DNA of 64,000 nucleotides, taken from assembly GCA_026770705.1 (NCBI GenBank), contig JANJGN010000021.1:104904001-104968000 (forward strand), written 5' to 3'. Under the pieces are notes generated by a model. The model did not search any database. It was given only the letters and a program-made list of their open reading frames with translations, and had not been told where the DNA came from. The position numbers were made by a program, and so were the translations under genes. Position 1 is the stretch's first letter; every line of letters begins with the position of its first letter. Shown here piece after piece: positions 49,301-60,992 of this stretch. This DNA comes from Isurus oxyrinchus (lineage: Eukaryota).

Positions 49301-52300
49301 CGGTAAGAGAATTTGATCAGTTTTTCTATCTAAGCAAGAGCTCAATGTCAACGAGTACTAATTAGTAAAAGCCAAATATGTGCTTGAAGTCTCGTGGATT
49401 GTAAGAGGAATGGAAGACACAGATGGGCATGATGTGTACTCCATTTTTAATTCTTTCATGGGATGTGGACGTCGCTGGCGAGGCCAGTACAGTATTTGTT
49501 GCCCATCGGTAATTGCCCTTGGGAAGGTGGTGGTGAGCTGCTTTCTTAAACAGCTGCAGTCCATGTGGTGTAGGTACAGTTACAGTGCTGTTAAGGAGGA
49601 AGTTCCAGGAAGTTGTCCCAGCGGCAGTGAAGAAATTGCGCAATATTTCGAAGTCGGGATGGTGCGTGGCTTGGAAGGGAACTTCCAGGTGGTGGCGTTC
49701 CCAAGCTTCTGCTGCCCTTTGTCCTTCTAGAGTTGGAGGTCTCGGATTTGCCGCAGTGCATCGTGTAGATGGCACATCTTGCAGTCACGGTGAACAAGAG
49801 AAGCACCTTGATTTGAATAAATATGTTACTATAATATTGTAATGTTATTGTATTGCATTTAAGTGGTGGAGGAAGATTCAATCGAGGTATTCAAGAGGGC
49901 ATTAGATGATTATTTGAATAGAAACAACGTGCAGGGATAGAGAGAAAAGGCAGGGCAACGACACTAGGTCATAATGCTCATTTGGAGAGCCGGTGTAGAC
50001 ATGATGGGCCGAATGGCCTCCTTCTGTGCCGTTAAGCTTCTGTGATTCTATGTCATGTAACTCACGTGTAAGGGTTACATGATGTGAAATCATTCTCTTA
50101 CTTTTCACATTTTTCCTCAGTATTCAATACATTAAACGCCGTTCGAAAATGCATGGTTTACAAACCTGGGCATAAACCAGTGAAAAGAGGAGAATGTACT
50201 GAGGACTGGCTTGGGCTAAAATGCGATTCTACATGCGATGGGTCAAGGACTCTCTTAATTAGTTGATGATGGGAGAGAGTTGACTGAGATCTATCATGTG
50301 GTAGCGACAAACTTAGATCTATGTGACTGCTGATATGATACAATGGGAAACCTGTGGAAGGGTGGAAATGACGCCAAACTACAGATGAGGCGTAAAAAAT
50401 AACGCATTCCAAAAACAAACCGCATCATTTTTGCGGACACGTTTGTTGGTTACAATGTGTTTCTGTCTCTAACTTAACTAAAATCGGACAGGTAACTCTT
50501 TAAGCTTCTGCCCTGTGGAACAGATGTAGCTGATAGATGAGCTCACATGTTTGTGTGCAAGAGAATACAAATAAAAAGCTATTCCAAATATTTTCACACC
50601 CTGTTCTTTTTACGAACTATACCTTAAAACATTTTTACAGCCTTGTGCTGGCCAGCTGTTTTGTTCCTAAAAATCAAACTGATGATTGAAACAGCAAAAT
50701 CATTTCAGGAAGTGTAAAATAATCAAATTATGTGGGCCCACGACTGCTTTAATATCATTGGCTTTAACTTTGTGAAGAACAATAGTCCTGCTGGTTATAG
50801 TACTCATGACAGTAACAGCATGCAAACTGTAATGGAAGTGCAATGGTATGTACCCTTATAATTAGAATGTCCCCCGCAATGGTCATGCATGTCAGTGTTC
50901 GTTTAAATCATTGTCACGTGCAACACAAATACAACGTTCCCATTATGCCCTTGACAATGGTCTCTCGTACTTTCCCCACCAATATTGTTGGACTGAATGG
51001 CCTGCAGTGAGTAAATATATTCCTGTGCACTTTGCTTTAAACCGTGGAGTAACACTTAGAGACATGGGAATATAGGCCTTAGAAGCAGGACGAGGCTGAT
51101 GGAGCTTGCTCTGCCATTAGATAAGATCGTGGCTGATCTGATTATGGCTTTCACCACACTTTCCTGCCTGTGGCCCATAACCCTTGAGTCCCTTGTCTAT
51201 CAAAAACCTGTCTAACTCAGCTTTGAACACATTCAATGACTCTACCTCCAGTGACTTAGGGAAGAGAATTACACAGACCAACGACCCTCTGAGAGAGAAA
51301 AAAAAACATCCTCCCCTCCCCCACTTTAAAAGTGAGACCATGTATTCTTAAACTGTATCCACTAGTTTTAGCCTGTCTCACAAGAGGAAACCCCTCTGCA
51401 TCTATCCTATCAAATTCCCTCAGGGTCTAGTCCCAATCTGTTTAAACGTTCTTCATAAAATAAGCCCTTAATCTCAAGAATGAGTCGAGTGAATTTTCTC
51501 CTGCCTGTTTCCAACTCAATTATATCCTTTTGAAATTAGGAGACTAAAATTACACACAGTACCCCAGATGTTGTCAACCCAATGCCCTGTACAGCTGAAA
51601 TAAAACCTCTCCATTTTAATATTCCATTCCCCTCGTAATAAACACCAATATTTACAATCCTCTATGTTCTTTTAAATTAATTTTGATGCCACCAAAGATT
51701 ACAACTAGAGTAACTTTAACTGTATCGTGATATCTATAGAAATTGCATACTTTTAGTACAATGCCATGAATCGATGATCAGGTGTGTCGCTATAAGCTAA
51801 TAATCAAATGATCAAGAAGGAATGGTTTCTGTCTATCAGTGGAAGGGGAAACAGTCATGAACGCACACGTAAGGTTCATTCTTGAGAAATGCCATGGTAT
51901 CTTTTGTAGTTTAAAGCCAGGTATTTGTACAATGGAAAGATACATGTATAAAAAATAGATGGATAGATAGATAAGTGTTCAGGTGAATAGACAGATAGGC
52001 CGAAAAATAGAGGGCAGGCAGACAGGCTGAGAGGTCATATCATGGAAAACCTTAAGAAGTAGATGTATCTGAAACATTACAAAGGTCACTATTCCAAATC
52101 AATTCTTTGGGAATTTAATTATTCAACTTTATTCTTTCACTATAGCTTTCTCGCAAAATGAAACAGGCAGTCACTTTGAAGTAGATTCCACATTCATGGT
52201 AAAATATATTTCCAGAATATCCTGATTACATTAACACAAGCATTTGCTGGCAGAAGTGTCTAAAATAATAGGATTTCTTCTATTTTTTTTTAAAAAAGGC

Positions 52301-52344
52301 CTCGGAACTGGGAGCTGTGGACACTTACAGTGAATTGCACAGGT

Positions 52345-53390
52345 ATGGCACAAGATGAGGTGAGAGTGACTGCCCTTGACATCAAGGCAGCATTTGACCA
52401 AGTGACGCATCAGGGAGCCCTAGCAAAACAGGAATCAACGGGAATCGGGGGAAAACTCTCCACTGGTTGGAATCCTACCTAGCACAAAAAAGATGGTTGT
52501 GGTTGTTGAATGTCAAAAATCTCAGCTCCAGGACATCCGTGCAGGAGTTCCACAAGGCAATGTTTTGTGCCCAACCATCTTCAGATGCTTCAACAATGAG
52601 CTCCCTTCCATCATAAGGTCAGAAGGGAGATGTTCACTAATGGTTGCACAATCTTCAGCAGCATTCACACCTCCTCAGATACTGAAGCAGTTCATCTCCA
52701 GATGCAGCAAGACCTGGACAATATTCAGGCTTGGCCTGTCAAATGGCAACTAACATTCGTGCCACACAAATGCCAGGAAATGACCATCTCCACAAGAGAG
52801 AATCTAGCCACTGGCCCTTGAAATTCAATGGCATCACACTCGCTGAATCCCCCACTATCAATATCCTGGGCTTAGCATTGACCTGAAACTGAATTAGACT
52901 AGCCATATAAATACTGTAGCTACAAAAGCAGGTCAGAAGTTAGGAATCCTGCGGTAAGTAACTCACCATCTAACTCCCCAAAGCCTGTCACCATCTACAA
53001 GGCACAAGTCAGGAGTGTGATGGGTTACTCCACACTTGCCTGGATGAGTGCAGCTCCAAAAACACTGAAGAAGTTTGACATCATCCAGTACAAAGCAGCC
53101 CACTTGATCGGCACCACATCACAAACATTCACTCCCTCCAGTACCGAGGAACAGTAGCAGCAGTGTGTACCAGTTACAAGATGCACTGTCGCGATCCATC
53201 AAGGCCCTTTAGACAGCACCTTTCAAACCCACAGCCGCTACCATCTAGAAGAACAAGGGCAGCAGGCACATTGGAAGACAGCACCTGGAAGTCCCCCTCC
53301 AAGTCACTCACCATCCTGACTTGGAAAAATATCGCTGTTCCTTCACTGTTGCTGAATCAAAATCCTGGCACTCCACACCCCCCCCCGCCA

Positions 53391-53421
<31 letters not shown>

Positions 53422-53550
53422 CCGAAGGCCACATGGACTGCAGCGGTTCAAGAAGGCAGCTCATCACCACCTTCTCAATGGCAATTAGGAATGGGCAATA
53501 AATGCTGGCCTTACAAGCGACATTCACATCCCGTAAATGAATAAAAAGAG
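52345..53550 (+). mobile_element. Second LINE family RT/3' region
   Basis: ALDIKAAFD, GVPQGNVLCP and MQQDLDNIQAW remnants; tail shared with the SINE. Confidence 0.85.
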
Positions 53551-54399
53551 TTCCGAAAGCAATCAAATATATACCTTAAAAAGAAAGTACTTCCTCGGAT
53601 GATGCAGGTTTGAACAGATATTCTGAGGGGAATCGTCCATGTACTAAAGTGATTTGTTTTCAATGCAGACATCCTAAAAGCTTAGTGGAAGCTGGAAGTA
53701 ATTTGATTCGTCATTCCTTTTCGTACCATATAAGTAATGCATTTAGTAATTCCTGGCACTCGATTACAGTATGGACTGGAGCTAGTAGGTCTAGCAACCA
53801 CCGATATTTCAGCAAAATTATTCAATATCAAAGGGTTTTCATCACCACGACTTAATTCAATTTCCTCATTCACTTCTTATTGGTAAAAGGAGGTGAAATG
53901 CTTGCAACAGCAATAAAGTACATGAATGATGCTGAGAAAAGAGACATGCTGCTGAAACTTTGTGTCTTGCAATCATCAGGACAAACACAAGAATACCAAT
54001 TGTCAACCAATTAGAACACTGTATACCCCAGAAGAAAAGGAGTGCTCATTGGTTTGCAAGTCGACTCGGATTAATCAATGTAGTGTCATGGAGAAAGTAA
54101 AGGGAACTATAGTCTCCCAAAGCTCACCGGCATTTAAAAAAAAAGGCACAAGTCTTGAACGTATTCATTTTCCTTACACAGAACGTGTCCTTGTCTATCA
54201 GTGTATGTCATTCTACCAAGCGTAAGTAGGCCATGTCATGAGCTCGACTGATTGTCTTAAACTGCAATATGGCTCACTTATGCTTGCTAGAAGTGATGCA
54301 CATTCATATGCAGGAACTATTTTCTGAAAACTAAAGAGAGCTTGTTTGTTAATTTGCCCCGTTTCTTTCTCCACGTCAATGTCTTGGCCCCTATGCAAT

Positions 54400-55020
54400 T
54401 TTGTAGTGACAGGGGCCCATTTATCCTTGCCCCTATTGAGGTCTTTGGGTGGCCAATTATTGACCACTTAAGGGCCCTTTACTGCCCAGCTCATTTTTAA
54501 GGCTAGTGGGGCGAGTTCAAGGGCGGGGGAGGGGAGGGGAGAGCCCGCAAGTGAACCGTGTTCAGGACAAGGGCGTGAAGTAGGATGCGATCTCCTCCTT
54601 TTAACATCGGGTGCCCCCGTCAAATAAAGGTCAGGCCCCTGAACTCTCCACCAGTGCCGACCGCCCCCCCACCCCCCCCCCCCACCCCACACACACACAC
54701 ACACTGCGCACCCACCGATTTTGTCCTTCCCATCCCACGCTAAGTCTCCCACACTTACCAGGTCTGAGCTGAAGGGACTTGGGCGATGGGGTCAGCTTGT
54801 AGTACCAGGCCTGTCCACTGCAGTTCTGGCGCTAAAGGGCTGCAGGTCGGCAGGCAGCTCTCTAAGGCGGGAGTTCCCCCGAGTGAAGGGCAGAATTCTG
54901 TTCTGCAGCCAGTTGTTGGAGAGTTAAATGGCTGGGGGGCAGGCAGGATGAACGGGAAATTGATCTGCCCCAAATCCTCGGATGGTCGAAAGGGAAACCC
55001 GGCCATTCTAAAAATGACCC
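54400..55020. mobile_element. Probable non-autonomous Harbinger-like fragment
   Basis: GC-rich, with ccacttaagggcc/ggccaatta motifs and a terminus aaaaatgaccc resembling the TIR of the other Harbinger copies. Confidence 0.4.
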
Positions 55021-56019
55021 AGATTTGAAATCATAGAAAAATCGACTCAGCTTCAGTTCTACTTATGAAAGTTGTGACGGGAATAATCGCATTTTCACTT
55101 TTCATTCCCGACAGGAAATATGTTACTTTCTTCCTACTGTAATCGATACTGACATATTCGGAACATGACAGAATAATTGCATGTTTCCCCAGCTGAGAAA
55201 TCAAGATTGAGCCAGTCAACAATGAGATAATCTTTAAAATCAGTGAATGTTTCTACAAATTAACGTAAGGACGTTGCTATCTTGATTAACTTACAGATCA
55301 TATCCTTGTTTAAATGTAAATAGCGCCCGGCGATACTAAGGACGCATCGCGTTCAAAACCAGCCGAAAAGCCAAGACGACCCGAGGGACTGTGAGCCGCT
55401 CGTGTAATATTTTAGCTTTAAGCGTTCTATACAAAAATCAAAGTCGCAGTCAAACAGTTACAAATAATGGAGGGGAGAAATGTTTGGACTATTGGTAATG
55501 ATTCGAATTGCTGAATTGTTTTATGACGATATTGTCAAGGGAAATCATAGACTCCCTGCCTCTTTCACCCCTCCTTCCTACTGTTCTCAAGGGAGAGGTA
55601 AATCTGTTCGTTCTGTGCGGGGCGCATCCTTTTGGGGTCGCTCATGGATGGAACAACGGTTGAAACAACTTGCCAAGAGTGTCCCGAGTTTAAAATATAT
55701 CATCTTCTCATCGCCATTTTCCCTTCTGCGCGATCTGAAAAACATTATTTCGGCACAGACACTGAATGCAGCATCTTTCTTGTGAGCGTCATCCGCAAAG
55801 GTTCTCATGTCTGCCTATGTATCTTATCTCAACATTCCTCGGTCTTATTTCTTTTGGGCTGGGAGGCAGGGAGGAGGGAGTGCGCGCGCGCGCGCGCCTG
55901 CTGCTGGTGGTGGATGGCGGCAGCGTAGAGATATTGCCGCTGGGATTAGCAATCCAGCAGATCCAGCGTAATGTCCTGGGGACGCGGGTTCGAGTTCCAC
56001 AAGGGCAGATGGTGAAAAA

Positions 56020-59000
56020 GGGACCGAAGGCATGATTGCTAAATTTCCTGATGGTAGGAAAGCAAGTTGTGAAGACGATATATGGAGGCTACAAAGAGGC
56101 ATTTTTTCATTCATTCATGGGATGTGGGAGTCGCTGGCCAGGCTAGCATTGATAGCCCATCCTTAATTGCTCTGGTTCGGAGGGAATTTATGAGTCAACC
56201 ACATTGCTGTTGGTCTGGAGTCACATGTAGGCCAGGCCAGGACAACAGGTTACCTTCCCTAAAAGATATTAGCGAATCAGATGGGTTTTTACAACAATCA
56301 GCGATGGATTCACGGTCATCAATTCAACTCTTAATTCAAGATTTTTTTTTGAATTCAAATTCCACTATCTACTGTGATGGGATTTGAACCTGGGTCTCTG
56401 GATTACTAGTCCAGTGACAATACCACGAATTGATAGCTTAAGTAAGTGGGCAAAGCTCTGGCAAGTGAAGCATAGTGGGGAATTGTCCACAGAAGAAGCA
56501 TATTATGTAAATGGTGAGAAATTGCTGAGCTCTGAGAATCAGTGGGGTCTGCGTGCCCTATTGCATGAATTGCACAAGGCTGGTATGCAGTTGCAACAAG
56601 TAATTAGGACAGCTAATAGAATCTTATTGTTTATTGGGAGGGAAATTGAATAAAATTGTAGGGAGGCTATGCTTCAGTTGGACAGGAATTTGGTGAGATC
56701 ACATCTGCGGGCTTGTGTACAGTATCGGTCATCTTATTTAAGGGAGGATGAGAAGCGTTGGAATCAGTTCAGAGAAGATTGACTAGATGAATACCAGGAA
56801 TGGACGTGTTGTCCTATGAGGAAAGCTTAGAGAGACTCGACTTGCATACACTGGAGTTAAGAAGAGTAGAAAGCGACTTGATTGAAACGTTTAAGACCCT
56901 GAAGGGGCTTGGGATGGTGGGTGTGGGGAGGGTGTTCACTTTTATGAGAGAATCAAGAACTAGGAGTCACCATTTTTTCTTTATTTTTTCATGGGGCGTG
57001 GATGTCGCTGGCAAGGCCAGCATTTGTTGCCCATCCCTAATTAGTTTTGAACTGAGTGGCTTGCTATGCCATTTCAGAGGGCATTTAAGAGTCGACCACA
57101 TTGCTTTGGGTCTGGAGTCACATGTAGGCCAGATCGGGTAAGGACGGCAGATTTCCCTCCCTAAAGGACATTAGTGAACCAGATGGGTTTAAAATAAGAT
57201 GATTTAAGACAGAAAAGAGGAGTATTTTGTTTCCTTTACGAGGGTTGTGAGTCTTTGGAACTCCCTTTTCCAAAAGAGAGTGAAAGCAGCATCTTTGTCT
57301 ATTTTAAGGCAGATTGATTCTTAATAAGCAAAGGGGTTAAAAGTTATTGGGGGTGCACGGGAATGTGGGGTCAAGGTTACAGTCAGATTGGCCATGATCT
57401 TATTGAATGGCGGGGCAAGTTTGAAGGACCGAGTGGCCTAATTCAGCTCTTATTTCATTCGATCGTGTGTTCGTAAAAGATAATCAAAAAGTTTAAGTGA
57501 GGACCTGATGCAAAGGTTAAGCAGAACCTTGTTCAGACATTTCCTCGATTACTGCTTTCAGTTTTGGGCATCAAACCTGAGAAATCAGGAAGCACTTTCT
57601 CACTAAAAAGATTAGTGAAAATATGAAACTCACTTTAGGATATGAGTGCTAGCCAAATGACACTTCTAAGACTGAGATTGCTAATTTGATGTTCGCCAAA
57701 CCAAGGCATAAGAAGTAAAGGCAGATAAATGGAGTTGAGATGCAGACCAGCCATAGTGTGATGGAATAGCAGAACAGGCTCAAGGGTCTGAATGACATAC
57801 TGCTGTTTTTAGTGTTTCTATGAAGGACTAAATTTGAATAGTAATTCTGGCTTCTTTATCATAAAAAAACAGACGCCATCTCACACATTTTTACGGACAA
57901 ATAATGATCTAATTGAACTTATGGGATAGACTGAATCCTGCTCAAATGTCATCTGCCATGTTTTCAGTCATTTTACCCATAACAACAATGATAGATGCAG
58001 AGCTACCTGTTGGTGCTTGACATTCAACGCTGCTATATAATTAATTATGGACCATGCAATAGCATCATGAATTTTTATTCCAACGTGCAATAATGTGAAA
58101 AAATCTTTGGTAATGGTTTTATTTCTTTGTTCATGGGGTCTGAGCATTACTGACAATGCCAGCCTGCATTGTATGTTCCTAGCTGCCCTTGAGGTGGTGT
58201 TGAGCCACCTACGTGAAATTATGCAGTCATTGTGATGTCAATTCACCACAGTTCTGCTAAGGGTGGAATTTCAGGCCTTTCTTGCAGCAACAATGTAGGA
58301 ACGGTGATATATTTCCAAGTCAGGATGGTGTGTGACTTCGAGGAGAACTTGCAGGTTATGTTGCTCCCAAGAGCCCACTGCTCTGGTTCTTCACTGTGTT
58401 AGAGGCTACGCACTTTGAAGATGCTGTAAAAGAGACTTTGGTCAATGCTGCAGTGCATCTTATAAATGGTGCACACGGCAGACACGGTTCACCTGTGGTA
58501 TAGGGATTGAATATTCAAGATGGTGGAGGGGTGCAAATCAAGTGGGCTATTTTGCCCTAGCTGGTATCGAGCTTTTTGAGTGCTGTTGGAGCTGCACCCA
58601 TTCAGGCAATTGTGGAGCATACCTTCAAACACCTGACTGGTGCCTTGCAGAATGTGGAAAGGCTTTGGGAGTCAGGAATTGAGTAACTCAACATGGAACT
58701 CCAAGCCTACGATCTCCTCGTATATTCATTGTATTTATGTGGCGATCCACATAAAGTTGTGGCAAAGGTGACACGAGGATATTTATGGTGCAGAGTTTAG
58801 TGATGGTAATGTCATTGGATATCAAGGGGAGTCTCTCTTGTTGTAGATGATCATTGCCTGACACTCGTGTGTCATGAAAATTACTTGCTGTTTATCGACC
58901 TTTGCCTGAATGTTGTCCAGTTCCTTGTTGCATGCTGGCACATTTACTTCATTATCATTATCAAATGGAACTGGATATATAGTGACATTGGGAATTTTCC

Positions 59001-60190
59001 AATGCAGATAGACAATTCCTGAATGGGGAATATTTTGGAAGAATTAGGTTCTGGATAGTTACTTATTTTCAGTCATTTGTTTTTCTATCATCATTTTAAA
59101 ATATATTTAACATGGTTAGTTCCACCCCCTGATTTATTTTGTTTTCCTTTTCGTTGTATCCCTGGTATTTTATTTGCATCTTCTACTGTGAAGATTGATG
59201 CAAAGTATGATATTTAGTAAATCACCCATTACCTGAATTCCAAGTACTTTAGTATTGGGTCTGTTATTAAGAAACATACATTTCTTAATGTCGAAGCCCC
59301 TTTGTCATAAAATATTTGTCAAAGCTTTTATTTTTCTTTCTGATATTATTGCAAGCATTTGCTCTTTTCCCATTCTTGTAGCTCTTACCAAATTCTCTGC
59401 ATCTCGTTGCAGGTCCTCATATCTCTTCTAGTCCGCTGGATATATAGATACTTGCCTTCAAAGTATTTCCTTTGTGTTTTACACTATCTTTCCATTCCAT
59501 TGTTGAACAAGATTGCCCAATCACACAACAATGGCAACTCACATTTATATGGCATTGTTAGTTAGCATCGTAAATGTGACAAGTTGCTTCGCATCAGCAT
59601 TTTCAAAGAACGTTTGAGATGAAGGGATATTAGGACAGCTGACCAAAGTCGTGCTGAAAAGATAGGTTTTCAGGAGTGCCTTAAAGGAGGATTAAGTATT
59701 AGAGAGGCGGATGAGTTATAGATGGATACTATAATTCGAGGCGTTGTTGTATCTGGAGCCAATGTAAATCATTGAGTCTGGGATTGATGGAGGAATTTGA
59801 CTTGTTGTGTGATTAGGACATTAGCTGCAGAGCGTTGGATGAACTCAAGTTTATAGGCCATAGAATAGAGGACACCAGCTAGGAGAACATTGGAATCGTC
59901 AAGTTTAGAGGTAATAAAAGCACTGATGATGGTTTGAGGACAGGTGAATTTTACCAGAGCTCCAAGGCTTGGATTACGACGAGAGATTGTATACATTTGG
60001 CTTGTGTTCCTAGGAAATCAAACGTTTACCAGCTGAGTTGAGTGTGTTTTTAGAATTTTTAAAGGAGTTGATAGGGTGGATAGAGACATTTTCTAACAGT
60101 GATGTGCGATTCTAAGAGGAGTGATCGTAAACATAAAATCAGAACCAGGTCATTCAAGAGTGAAGTTGGCATACGCTACTTCGTGCAATT
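56020..60190 (+). repeat. Diverged direct duplicate of ~5480-9092
   Basis: Collinear similarity including unique junctions, e.g. ctgatgcaaaggttaagcag (~6422 vs ~57505), taaatttgaatagtaat, tagtgacattgggaattttccaatg and ctaggaaatcaaacgtttaccag, with the same order of CR1 tail, LINE fragment, L2 fragment and CR1 fragment. Confidence 0.9.
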
Positions 60191-60274
60191 GCAAGTGGTG
60201 TAAGACCTCACACCCACACAGACACACACACAGGCGCGGGCGCACGCACAGATACACACACACACACACACACC

Positions 60275-60963
60275 GGGCTGAATTTTTCGTTCGTCGGGCA
60301 GGCGCGGAGCCGATCACTGCCAGCGGTAGCGGCCGCACGGCCATTGGACGTGGGCGGGCCAATTAAGGCCCGCCCAGCGTGGCGTCCGCCAGGAAGCATT
60401 GTGTGCTTCGTGTGCAGGCAGGCAGGCAGGCAAGGGGAGGGGATTGCCTAAAATCAAGATGAACCCTTCGCACATGCGCACGAAAGAGCGTACTCATCTC
60501 CCTGAGGCTCAATGCAGCCTCAGGGAGATCGCCTCGACTTTTAAAAATATTAAAAATAGAGAAAAGAAAAATCCCTTACATGTCCCCACATGTGACAATG
60601 TCACATGAGTTGGGACATGTTCATAATTTGCATAAAAACTTTAGTACAATTTTTAAAATCCTACATGAAAACTCATTCTGCCGCTGGATGAAGATTCATG
60701 TTTTATTTATTTGCCGCCGGGGCTCCTGGCCGACCCACCAACCTTAAGGTTGGACGGGTAGGATCTTTAATTGCTTACTTAACCCTGTCAATGGCCATTG
60801 ATAGGTCGGCGGGCGCGCAGCTAATTTTATTGCGCCCCCACCTGCCTGAAAATTTAAATGGCGCGGGGTGACGTCGGGGCTCCGCCTGACGTCTCTCCCT
60901 TGCGTCATTTTATGCGTCGGCGAGCGGGCCCCGCCCCAGCTCACCGATGGTAAAATTCTGCCC
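60275..60963. mobile_element. Non-autonomous Harbinger-type element (MITE-like, ~690 bp)
   Basis: TIRs gggctgaatttt...aaaattctgccc, no coding capacity, inserted at the end of a (CA)n tract. Confidence 0.75.
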
Positions 60964-60992
60964 ACTGTCCCTGCGTCTCTCACTCTATCTAT

